Virus record (IMG/VR): IMGVR_UViG_3300043399_000877
Coordinates: 317,887 to 381,886 of that record
DNA: 64,000 nt
Reading direction: 5' to 3' (one strand)
The notes beneath the pieces are model-generated. The model saw only the letters and a program-made list of their open reading frames with translations, made no database searches and was not told the DNA's origin. Positions 44,571 to 52,469 of this stretch are shown here, one piece after another. A program made the position numbers and the translations under genes. Each line of letters begins with the position of its first letter. The stretch's first letter is position 1.

Positions 44571-44759
44571 TCATACTCTTCCTGAGTCAACAGTATCGTC
44601 TCGGTCTCCTGATCGGTCGTCTTCATTTTTTCTACTTCCTGCTCGGTTCATTACTATAAGATATTCTGGATCAGTAACTCCAAAATCTCCGGGATTCTGT
44701 ATAATCTGCTCCATCTGCTGTTCTGACAGCAATGAAAAAAAACTGTTTGATCCAGTCAT
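44571..44759 (-). CDS. Small hypothetical protein
   Basis: 62 aa; SD AGGAG. Confidence 0.45.
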   Translation of the reverse strand: MTGSNSFFSLLSEQQMEQIIQNPGDFGVTDPEYLIVMNRAGSRKNEDDRSGDRDDTVDSGRV

Positions 44760-44775
44760 TTTTTACTCCTGTTAA

Positions 44776-44851
44776 TGGTCCCCAGGGACGGGATCGAACC
44801 GCCGACACCATGCTCTTCAGGCACGTGCTCTACCAACTGAGCTACCTGGGG
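44776..44851 (-). tRNA. tRNA-Phe(GAA)
   Basis: Loop CTGAAGA; CCA. Confidence 0.93.
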
Positions 44852-44857
44852 ATTATT

Positions 44858-44943
44858 TGGTGGGTCGTCTAGGAATCGAACCTAGCATGGGAGTTAACCC
44901 GGCGGATTTACAATCCGCTGCCACACCTTGTAGCATACGACCC
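44858..44943 (-). tRNA. tRNA-Tyr(GTA)
   Basis: Loop TTGTAAA; long variable arm; atypical D-arm; CCA. Confidence 0.85.
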
Positions 44944-45255
44944 TTAAATTATGTTATTTTGTCTATCAAATTCTTCTTCGTCGAACTCGTCTAGTGTACA
45001 AGTGGGATTCCAAATGTACACGTCTGTTCGTTTAGCGCCTTTGCCAATAGTAAACTCGGCCCAACCAGTGGGAATTGGTCGATCCCATCCGTTGCGCTTT
45101 GCATCCTTGACTGAACTGAATTTACCAATTCTAGCCAGCAAGTGTGCCATATTTGTCTCTGTTTCCAGAATCGGCAACAGGACATTTGTGTCTGCAAACA
45201 GCATTGTCTTGTCTGATTCTTCGCATTTTTTACCGATAAAACAAAACTCAGCCAT
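44944..45255 (-). CDS. Stand-alone S4-like RNA-binding domain protein (TyrRS C-terminal-like)
   Basis: LLARIGKFSSVKDAKRNG...IGKG. Confidence 0.55.
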   Translation of the reverse strand: MAEFCFIGKKCEESDKTMLFADTNVLLPILETETNMAHLLARIGKFSSVKDAKRNGWDRPIPTGWAEFTIGKGAKRTDVYIWNPTCTLDEFDEEEFDRQNNII

Positions 45256-45274
45256 TTTCAGTTCCTCTTGTGTT

Positions 45275-45352
45275 TGGTAGCCCCAACGGGGATCGAACCC
45301 GTTTCTCCAGATTGAAAGTCTAGTATCCTAACCTGCCGTAGACGATGGGGCC
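45275..45352 (-). tRNA. tRNA-Glu(TTC)
   Basis: Loop CTTTCAA; CCA. Confidence 0.92.
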
Positions 45353-45357
45353 ATGTT

Positions 45358-45433
45358 TGGTGGTGCTGGTAGGGATCGAACCTACGACACGTGGAATATG
45401 AGTCCACTGCTCTACCCGCTGAGCTACAGCACC
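45358..45433 (-). tRNA. tRNA-Met(CAT), elongator (Ile2 not excluded)
   Basis: Loop CTCATAT; paired 1-72; CCA. Confidence 0.88.
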
Positions 45434-45439
45434 GTTATA

Positions 45440-45514
45440 TGGAGGTCAATAGTGGAATCGAACCACTCTAAGCGGATTTGCAATCCGCGGCATAAGCCAC
45501 TCTGCCAATTGACC
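45440..45514 (-). tRNA. tRNA-Cys(GCA)
   Basis: Loop TTGCAAA; U73; CCA. Confidence 0.92.
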
Positions 45515-45522
45515 ATGTATTT

Positions 45523-45599
45523 GCATTTATGAAACACACTCTACGCTATGCGCCCGCTTCGGCTTCGAAGGCCGCCGGACGAGTGTGTTTGATAAATGC
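45523..45599 (-). repeat. Long inverted repeat (19-bp stem, one mismatch) before the first tRNA
   Basis: GCATTTAT(C)AAACACACTC...GAGTGTGTTT(C)ATAAATGC. Confidence 0.8.
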
Positions 45600-45709
45600 C
45601 TGTTAGTATTTTACTCCGGTGTTATCGCCACACGTTTCATCCACTAACCCGCCCGTTCCCCGTTTTTTAAAGTGCTTGGGTTGGACCTCGTTTCCAATCT
45701 GCACTGAAT

Positions 45710-45743
45710 AAAAAAACCCTCCGAGTATTGCTACCGGAGGGTT
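45710..45743 (-). terminator. Intrinsic terminator (attenuator) in the tRNA-cluster leader
   Basis: AACCCTCCG-GTA-GCAA-TAC-T-CGGAGGGTT ending in a run of seven T. Confidence 0.9.
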
Positions 45744-45769
45744 CCTAAACCTATTGATGTTACGTTAAG

Positions 45770-45868
45770 TTAACATCCGGTTCCACCTCCAGAGCGATTG
45801 CCAAAGCAATACTCACGACGCATTCTAATGCGCTCAATTTTATTGACATGTTTAAACATGGTGGTCAT
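45770..45868 (-). CDS. Leader peptide (32 aa) of the tRNA cluster
   Basis: MTTMFKHVNKIERIRMRREYCFGNRSGGGTGC between promoter and terminator; purine-rich upstream region; its 3' half is complementary to the terminator. Confidence 0.75.
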   Translation of the reverse strand: MTTMFKHVNKIERIRMRREYCFGNRSGGGTGC

Positions 45869-45908
45869 TGCGTTGTCTTTCTTTCTGTTTGTTTTAACTT
45901 ACTCTGTT

Positions 45909-45937
45909 AACATACTACAAGTTTATTTAGCTGTCAA
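45909..45937 (-). promoter_or_regulatory. Sigma70-type promoter of the leader/tRNA cluster
   Basis: TTGACA-N17-TATGTT. Confidence 0.8.
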
Positions 45938-45947
45938 CACATTTTAT

Positions 45948-46268
45948 TTATCTTTTTTGATTATCTTTTTTCCATTTACGGATGTAGTCAATTTTCTGTT
46001 CTGTAGTCCACTGACTAAGATAATCGTTGTCACGGTCAAAAAGTTCGATGAGTCGGTCCTGGTCTACTACTTCGTAATCGACAATTTGCTCACCCAACCA
46101 TTTTTGGCTGAATTCTTCAACTTCTTCACAAGTCACACTATCCAATGCCCATTCGGGTTGAACTGTTTTTTCAACGTTTAGTGCTTGTAGGTCGTCCATA
46201 GGTACCACATAGCGCATACGGTGTGTGCTTGTGGTAGTAACGACAACATACTTGTTATACAACGTCAT
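45948..46268 (-). CDS. Conserved hypothetical phage protein
   Basis: HRMRYVV...WALDSVT..EFSQKWLGEQI motif. Confidence 0.65.
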   Translation of the reverse strand: MTLYNKYVVVTTTSTHRMRYVVPMDDLQALNVEKTVQPEWALDSVTCEEVEEFSQKWLGEQIVDYEVVDQDRLIELFDRDNDYLSQWTTEQKIDYIRKWKKDNQKR

Positions 46269-46269
46269 G

Positions 46270-47166
46270 TCAATCCCTCGTTAGGTCATCAGCCAAGTTT
46301 ATTATTTTATCCAGCGCATACAATTGATCCCGCCAACCGGATCGTATCCCGCTGAGTCCATAGTATGCACCGGCAATCTGCCCGGTTACTGCTGCAACAG
46401 TGTCGGTATCATCTCCGAGGTTTGTGGCTAGCAACACGGCTTCATCAAAACTATCGGTATTATAAAAACACCAAATAGCTGCTTCCAACGTATCAATTAC
46501 ATATCCGCTGCTGCGAATATCGTTGCGCTTTCTTGACCACAGGTCCCGGTTGGTCATTTGCTTGACCTCGTCAGCCCAGTGTTCTGCGGGCTTGACAGCT
46601 AGTGCCGCCTCCTTGCTAGTAGCGTGTAGGGCGCGATGCAAGATGCTTGCTAGAAGCTCGCAGCTATGCACGGCAAGGCTGTATGCATGGGTTGTTTTGC
46701 TCTGCGCCGCCGCAATGCTCACAGCCAAATCTGGATCCTCGTGGTAATACAAAACCACCGGCGCCAGTCGCATTATACTGCCGTTTCCGCTGTAATTTCT
46801 ACTTGCATTGTTTTCAACAGCACCACGTTCTATAAAGTTTTCCAGAGCGTTAACAGTGGTCATCCCGATATCAAAACATACACCGGTACTGCTGTTGTGT
46901 CCACGAAGATACCAGTTTGTAAAACGATTTAATAGATCAACCGGTTGTAGACCGTCGCAGTCTCTCAAACTTTCGGCAAGGCAAAGAGCCATGCTGGTAT
47001 CATCGGTCCAGTATCCCACTGGCAAGTTGAACGGTCCGCCGCCCAGCATATCTGTAACCGGAGGATAACTGTCTCTCTTTTTAAATTCAACTGCGGCGCC
47101 CACAGCATCACCTACTGCAAGTCCCACAAGCATTCCACGAAGTCGATCTTTTAATTTTTCGTCCAT
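46270..47166 (-). CDS. ADP-ribosylglycohydrolase (DraG/ARH family)
   Basis: GLAVGDAVG, WTDDTSM, GNGSIMR and GDDTDTVAAVTG motifs. Confidence 0.95.
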   Translation of the reverse strand: MDEKLKDRLRGMLVGLAVGDAVGAAVEFKKRDSYPPVTDMLGGGPFNLPVGYWTDDTSMALCLAESLRDCDGLQPVDLLNRFTNWYLRGHNSSTGVCFDIGMTTVNALENFIERGAVENNASRNYSGNGSIMRLAPVVLYYHEDPDLAVSIAAAQSKTTHAYSLAVHSCELLASILHRALHATSKEAALAVKPAEHWADEVKQMTNRDLWSRKRNDIRSSGYVIDTLEAAIWCFYNTDSFDEAVLLATNLGDDTDTVAAVTGQIAGAYYGLSGIRSGWRDQLYALDKIINLADDLTRD

Positions 47167-47234
47167 TAAGGTACCTCTTGTGTTTAAGTTAGCAAAATTT
47201 GTTCAGTTGTCAAGCACAAAATTATAAATATGTT

Positions 47235-47879
47235 ATGAGACTTAGACATTTATTTGAGGGACCAAACGACCCACATATTTTTAAGGCAGTATTCCTGGCC
47301 GGTGCAGCCGGATCCGGCAAATCAACCATTGCTCGTAAATTGTTCGGCGGTACTGGATTGCGGTTTGTTGATATGGACAATTTTAGTAGAATGTATCGAA
47401 AAACTGGAAAAACTGGTGTTAGTAGAAAAGAGTTGCGATATCATACCCGCAAGCATCGTGAAGGACTCATGGACGGCAGAATCGGAATGGTTATTGACGG
47501 AACTGGAAGAAATCCACAGGACATAGTTGACGTACGGGAACAATTGGAAGAGCTCGGTTATGATACTATGATGTTGTTTGTAAATGTGGATCTTGAAACA
47601 AGTCTTAGTAGGACTGCAAAACGTGCCGTGACTCCCGGTCCAGATTTTGGAAGAATTATACCACCGGATCATGTAGAAGATATGTGGTATGAAGTAAAAT
47701 ACGGGGCGCGTGATCTAAAGTTGGAATTTGGGTCTGACTTTATAATGGTTGACAACAATGGCGACGGACTACCGGATCTTTCCGAGGTTCAAAAACAGTT
47801 TAACCGATGGCTATCTGCGCCACCGGCATCGCCAGCAGCGCAGGATTGGTTGTCTAATTTTCAAAATCAGCGAAGCTGA
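47235..47879 (+). CDS. Zeta-toxin-like P-loop kinase
   Basis: KAVFLAGAAGSGKST and VIDGTG; start MRLRHLFE after TATAAATA. Confidence 0.75.
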   Translation: MRLRHLFEGPNDPHIFKAVFLAGAAGSGKSTIARKLFGGTGLRFVDMDNFSRMYRKTGKTGVSRKELRYHTRKHREGLMDGRIGMVIDGTGRNPQDIVDVREQLEELGYDTMMLFVNVDLETSLSRTAKRAVTPGPDFGRIIPPDHVEDMWYEVKYGARDLKLEFGSDFIMVDNNGDGLPDLSEVQKQFNRWLSAPPASPAAQDWLSNFQNQRS

Positions 47880-48412
47880 ATTGCTTCTTCTTGTCCGGTT
47901 CTGAAAGCATCTTCGGTTCTGGCGTTGGTGACAATTCCAAACTCGTCAAGGTCAATTCTGGGATATCCGGCAACTCCCATCCAGGTACCTTGCCAGAAGC
48001 TACCCAGTGCAGTTTCATAGACACGCTTCTGATCCAGCAGCCTGGTTTGTGCAGTCTGGAAGTCCTGACGACCGGCAACAATAATGCGTTGCAGTTCGAC
48101 ATACACAGTGCTGTCAATCGTGGGATTCTGTTCCTGAATCCACTGGAACATGGCTTGCGACCCCTCGTTCCCGTATCGTGCATCCAGCGCCGCAGTAACA
48201 ACCGCGGTCAGGTCGTCACGCTGCATCGCCGGAACCTGTGCCGCTTCTGCGATACGATTCGAATATTGTGCGAGCACGTTTTGGTTGTCTTCGTAGGTAG
48301 CTTGGATTTGCTGTTCAAGACGATTGGCGGTGTTATACGCACTGATGTAGCTGATAGCAACAGTGCCAACGATACCACCCAGAATCACAGCAGTAACAAT
48401 AAGTGCCTTCAT
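47867..48412 (-). CDS. LemA-like membrane-anchored protein
   Basis: N-terminal TM followed by a helical bundle (YNTANRLEQQI...YVELQRII). Confidence 0.6.
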   Translation of the reverse strand: MKALIVTAVILGGIVGTVAISYISAYNTANRLEQQIQATYEDNQNVLAQYSNRIAEAAQVPAMQRDDLTAVVTAALDARYGNEGSQAMFQWIQEQNPTIDSTVYVELQRIIVAGRQDFQTAQTRLLDQKRVYETALGSFWQGTWMGVAGYPRIDLDEFGIVTNARTEDAFRTGQEEAIQLR

Positions 48413-48425
48413 TTTTTCCTCTCGG

Positions 48426-49535
48426 TTAAGCTACATCGTTGCGATGTAGGTAGTAGGTTACAAACGGACTGACAATCAACAGTAGAATACCAGCCACAAT
48501 TATTGCCCAAGTGGGCGGAGTCATTTCATCAGCAAGATACTCAAACTCTTTCATGTCTTGTAGGGTATAGTGCCGTTCAACGCTGTCCTGTATAATAGCG
48601 TTGATTGCAGCATTGTCAAGGGTCCCCAACTCAAGAATACGATTCTTTATTTCAAGTTCAACACGGCTGGTTGCACTCCAACTACGAACGTCCACCCAAG
48701 CCACACGGTCAGCGGACATACCGATTGACACGACAACATCGTTGATATTGTGGCTTTCCCAGGCACGGGCTAGTTCAGTTGCAAAAGTCTCGTCGCTACC
48801 GGTAACCACAACAATAACGTTCGCGCCAGTTTTTCTGATGTCTGCGTTAAGTTGTGCAAGTTGCTGGTTCCATTCCCGCTGAACGTCTTCTGAGATACTG
48901 TATTGATCAACAATGAGACGATTTGCATAGTAGTAATCTTGGACCCACGGATAGGGAATTGGAACCACGCCAGTTGGGTCACCATCGTTAAACAGGCTCG
49001 CGCTGGCTCCACGAATATAATTGGTATAGCTGCGGCTAACAGTTACCGGATCACCTAACCGCACTTGGCTGAAACGTTCCGGAGTATTCACACCTTGACG
49101 ATCTACACGATCAATTTCAAAGTTTTGCGGGACATCGCTAATCACAAAATATCTGCGTTCCCAGGGAAAAATATAGCGATATTCTGTATCGTAGATCGGT
49201 GTACATGTCCGTGTACCGTTGCTACTTGTGCTGCAACTTTCACCACGTTTGACTGTCCGGGTAGTATATTCCGTGCAAAAGTCGTCACGGAAGTCTCGCC
49301 AACCCACCGGACATGATTGCTGGATAGGACGCAAATCAGTAACCACACCGTTCACCAGTTGGGTGTCCGTGGTTATACTATACCCTGCTGTTTGAAACAG
49401 CACAAAAATCACTGCCAGCGTTCCCACTGCCTGGATGGCAAATTCCCGCCAGGTAATGGTGTAATTGAAGTAAACTTTTGCAATACCCATGGCAACCAGT
49501 GCCGGGATAAAATACAGCAGGGCATAGTAGGTCAT
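48426..49535 (-). CDS. Membrane protein with a large periplasmic domain
   Basis: Two N-terminal TMs, a Cys-containing loop and a C-terminal TM. Confidence 0.65.
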   Translation of the reverse strand: MTYYALLYFIPALVAMGIAKVYFNYTITWREFAIQAVGTLAVIFVLFQTAGYSITTDTQLVNGVVTDLRPIQQSCPVGWRDFRDDFCTEYTTRTVKRGESCSTSSNGTRTCTPIYDTEYRYIFPWERRYFVISDVPQNFEIDRVDRQGVNTPERFSQVRLGDPVTVSRSYTNYIRGASASLFNDGDPTGVVPIPYPWVQDYYYANRLIVDQYSISEDVQREWNQQLAQLNADIRKTGANVIVVVTGSDETFATELARAWESHNINDVVVSIGMSADRVAWVDVRSWSATSRVELEIKNRILELGTLDNAAINAIIQDSVERHYTLQDMKEFEYLADEMTPPTWAIIVAGILLLIVSPFVTYYLHRNDVA

Positions 49536-49537
49536 CT

Positions 49538-49969
49538 TCAGATCCCGTAGAGTTCGGTTACAATTTCACCAGCGCGGCGCATGTCAACACGGGCACCATA
49601 CTCGTCACGAATGACCTTCATAGCGATGCCTTTGTTCTTGGGCTTTTCATCTCCGATGACAGTCCGCAGCAGATCGCGTACTTCAGCGTCGCTAGCCATT
49701 TGCGGCAGGAAACTTTCCAGGATCTGTCGCTCACGAGCAAGGTCCTCGGCAACCGCAGACCCGGCATCCACCAGCTTCTGGTTTTGGTCGATCGTAGCGA
49801 TGATTTTCTGGATCGTCTTGATCGCCTCGTCTTCGGTAGTAGCACGATTACCGTCGTTTTTGCCCACCTTGTCGATCTCGCTGATTGCAAAGGTCAGCTT
49901 AACAGCCAGCGGATCACGGTCTTTACGCATTTGCAGTGCAGCGCGGCGGATTTGATCAGTTACAGACAT
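49538..49969 (-). CDS. GatB/YqeY-domain protein
   Basis: ERQILESFLPQMAS...GIAMK...G.RVD; start MSVTDQ after SD. Confidence 0.8.
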   Translation of the reverse strand: MSVTDQIRRAALQMRKDRDPLAVKLTFAISEIDKVGKNDGNRATTEDEAIKTIQKIIATIDQNQKLVDAGSAVAEDLARERQILESFLPQMASDAEVRDLLRTVIGDEKPKNKGIAMKVIRDEYGARVDMRRAGEIVTELYGI

Positions 49970-49999
49970 TCTAAACTCCTGTCCTGTGTTTGTTTGCAT

Positions 50000-50028
50000 A
50001 CTATACTAGGCCGCAGGCCCTGTGTCAA
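50000..50028 (-). promoter_or_regulatory. Sigma70-type promoter
   Basis: TTGACA-N17-TATAGT. Confidence 0.75.
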
Positions 50029-50041
50029 GCAACTGTTTCAG

Positions 50042-50359
50042 TTAAGTATAATCCCAGTTGTTGGGCTGATCGGGATCGTAAACTTCCCAGGTGCCCTTTT
50101 CGTAATCCCAGTGTCGGTGATCATACAACTTTATGTTAAGTTGATACTTTCCAATACCAATTTCCAAACTGGGGCCAGCATGGTCCTCGCCACGCCAGCT
50201 GAGATCCAGGTTTAGTTCAAAAAGGTCGTAGAAGCTGTCGCGAAAGAGCTGTATTTCAAAACTTTTGTTTTTGCTAACTTGCCAATGACGATAAAAGTAG
50301 TCACGGTGCGGCAAGTCTCGACCCCACGGATTTCGGATACGGAAACTGAATCTAATCAT
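50042..50359 (-). CDS. Conserved hypothetical phage protein
   Basis: DHAG...YDHRHWDY motif. Confidence 0.6.
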   Translation of the reverse strand: MIRFSFRIRNPWGRDLPHRDYFYRHWQVSKNKSFEIQLFRDSFYDLFELNLDLSWRGEDHAGPSLEIGIGKYQLNIKLYDHRHWDYEKGTWEVYDPDQPNNWDYT

Positions 50360-50565
50360 CGCATGTACACCGGATCATCGATACGCTTGGTGCTAAATCC
50401 GTTCTTAACTAGAACATCCAGCACATCTTCGCGATTGCATACAGTGGAAAACACTGTAGTATGCACTCCCCATTTAGTTGAACGATCTGTAATTCTAGTG
50501 TCATCGATGTAGATGGCACCTTTGTCTGTCACTTCAAGTAAAACTTTCTTCATTCTTTTGTCCAC
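50356..50565 (-). CDS. Hypothetical protein
   Basis: 69-aa coupled ORF. Confidence 0.5.
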   Translation of the reverse strand: MDKRMKKVLLEVTDKGAIYIDDTRITDRSTKWGVHTTVFSTVCNREDVLDVLVKNGFSTKRIDDPVYMR

Positions 50566-50759
50566 CTAATTTTAGCCATAATCGATTCGTGCCACTCAAG
50601 ATGTTCGTCGTACCAGGCAGCGCGGCCACCGCCGTCTTGATAATCTTCCACCATTGCTTCCAACTTTTTTGCGAGCATCTTACGCTTATACTCGGATAAG
50701 ATTTCCGCTACATGGTCTGCCGCAAAGTCGTCAAGATTAGGGATAGTTAGAGTGTGCAT
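50550..50759 (-). CDS. Hypothetical protein
   Basis: 69-aa ORF with SD. Confidence 0.5.
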   Translation of the reverse strand: MHTLTIPNLDDFAADHVAEILSEYKRKMLAKKLEAMVEDYQDGGGRAAWYDEHLEWHESIMAKIRWTKE

Positions 50760-50762
50760 GGC

Positions 50763-50933
50763 TTATCCTAAATTAAAGATTTTATCAGCGATAACACACA
50801 TCACAAGCACCAGCGCACTTGCAACAAGGATTCGCAATCCAATATCAAATCCAAAAAACAAGATTCCAATTGCTGTCCCTAAAAACACGCTGGCAAAACT
50901 ACCGAGCCCCAGTATTGCTATGATTAGCTGCAT
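50763..50933 (-). CDS. Small two-TM membrane protein
   Basis: Hydrophobic; start MQLII by stop/start overlap. Confidence 0.5.
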   Translation of the reverse strand: MQLIIAILGLGSFASVFLGTAIGILFFGFDIGLRILVASALVLVMCVIADKIFNLG

Positions 50934-51379
50934 TAGAAGTCCGCCCCGCTCTGGTTGCAATCAAATACCCAAATTCCGGCATCACGCCACATACGAACAA
51001 CACGCGGGCGATCGTCAAAAACCATGTCCGGCTTTTGTCCATAGTCAGCGATGATTTGCTCTAGCATTTCACCTTTGACAATGTCGTCGGCGCGATAGTC
51101 ACCGTCCGCCCGCATGTAAATTTTCAAGTAGCCACGAAGGCGGTTGTTGGCCAGCCAGGTTTCAGTAGCTACACGGCTGGCTTCATTCCTGCCAGTGGCC
51201 AAAATAACAGCATGACCAGCATCAGTCATTTGACGGAACACTTCCGCAGTAGACTGGATTAAGGTATCATGCGGAATACCAGCGTCAAAAGCCGCCCAAT
51301 TTTTGGGCTTTGTGCGAACATAATGCAGCCGGTGCCGACAGTCTGCGAGAGTTCCGTCGATGTCAAAACAAATTAGCAT
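50933..51379 (-). CDS. HAD-family polynucleotide 3'-phosphatase (T4 PNK phosphatase-domain-like)
   Basis: FDIDGTLAD, TGR, MRADGDYRAD and FDDRPRV motifs. Confidence 0.88.
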   Translation of the reverse strand: MLICFDIDGTLADCRHRLHYVRTKPKNWAAFDAGIPHDTLIQSTAEVFRQMTDAGHAVILATGRNEASRVATETWLANNRLRGYLKIYMRADGDYRADDIVKGEMLEQIIADYGQKPDMVFDDRPRVVRMWRDAGIWVFDCNQSGADF

Positions 51380-51468
51380 TATTTTTTTCGCCTCTTTCCA
51401 ATCTTAACGGCGCTCCTGGCCATCGCTTTAACTTTTGCTGGCCCTCTGGGCTTACGTGGCTTGCGCAT
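51379..51468 (-). CDS. 29-aa highly basic peptide
   Basis: Manual translation MRKPRKPRGPAKVKAMARSAVKIGKRRKK; SD AGGAG; TAATG coupling to the phosphatase. Confidence 0.55.
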   Translation of the reverse strand: MRKPRKPRGPAKVKAMARSAVKIGKRRKK

Positions 51469-51532
51469 CTACATTCTCCTATGCTATGCGCTATCTAGCA
51501 TACACTCATAGGGCAGTCAACGCCAAGTTTGA

Positions 51533-51733
51533 TTACTTGGCGCGTTTCTTGATGCTCAGGTAAAACTCAATGGTTTTACAATCTTCTTCATCCAACTTAA
51601 CTTTTGGCAACAACAACAATTTGTCTGAAAGTCTGGCAAGTTTGTTGCTTTCTGCATCGTTAGGCCAGGTACGGGCCACTGCGCTTATGTTCCTGCTGAT
51701 TTTTGCTATTTCGGCTATGTTTATGTTTCTCAT
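51533..51733 (-). CDS. Hypothetical protein
   Basis: 66-aa ORF with SD. Confidence 0.5.
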   Translation of the reverse strand: MRNINIAEIAKISRNISAVARTWPNDAESNKLARLSDKLLLLPKVKLDEEDCKTIEFYLSIKKRAK

Positions 51734-51739
51734 TTTTTC

Positions 51740-52123
51740 CTATTTGTGCAAATCGTACTGGCGCATGTATTCCAGTTCGGCGTCCTCCCAGACAAAAGCC
51801 CACATGCAAGTTACTTCATTCGAAGTAAAAATTTTCCCATACCAGTTGCGCCACGGATACGTGGGATCAACAGTAAGATCACTGTGTTTGATTTGAGTGC
51901 GAATGTCGTGCATTTGATTCAGTGTAGTGCTGAGAACCAGCGTAACACCAAAATTCCGATCTTCGCACCAATTCACGTATGCAGCGCGGAATTCATCTTG
52001 ATTCATGAAATTTTTTGCATAAGCATCAAAGTCAGCCTGTGCATGTGCAGCCTGAGCCATGCCCTTGCCGGGATTCATGTCCTGCAGGTCTTCCCTCATG
52101 ATAATATACAGTCTCGGTTCCAT
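51740..52123 (-). CDS. Second Pth2-like peptidyl-tRNA hydrolase
   Basis: LYIIMREDL..MNPGKGMAQAAHA and DPTYP motifs. Confidence 0.75.
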   Translation of the reverse strand: MEPRLYIIMREDLQDMNPGKGMAQAAHAQADFDAYAKNFMNQDEFRAAYVNWCEDRNFGVTLVLSTTLNQMHDIRTQIKHSDLTVDPTYPWRNWYGKIFTSNEVTCMWAFVWEDAELEYMRQYDLHK

Positions 52124-52133
52124 GCCGTTCCTT

Positions 52134-52469
52134 TCAGCTATAGTGTGTAAGCGTCATTAGACGAAAACGGTCTTCCAACAGGTGAGTAAAGTCCGGAAAC
52201 CACCGCGCAAAATCCATGCGATATTCGCGTTCAATTTCCGGAAGTTCTTCAGGAAGAATTTCTTTACGGCAGTCACCATCACCGTCGTCCCAACGGAAAT
52301 TTGGGCTACTGAAAAGGATCCTACCTAGGATAATGTATTTGCCACCCATACCGTCGATAATCATATCTGCGGTACAGTCGTTGTAGATGTCATCATAGTG
52401 ATCCATCAATTCTTCGTTCATTGGAATTTGGACACCGTAAACGGTATACACATGAACGTCAATTCCCAT
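52134..52469 (-). CDS. Hypothetical protein
   Basis: 111-aa ORF; IIDGMGGKYIILG. Confidence 0.55.
   Translation of the reverse strand: MGIDVHVYTVYGVQIPMNEELMDHYDDIYNDCTADMIIDGMGGKYIILGRILFSSPNFRWDDGDGDCRKEILPEELPEIEREYRMDFARWFPDFTHLLEDRFRLMTLTHYS

Noticed and set aside
45600-45708. Hammerhead or HDV-like (theta) ribozyme near the tRNAs
   Set aside because: GAAAC is present but there is no CUGANGA core, and I could not build the nested double pseudoknot on the transcribed strand.
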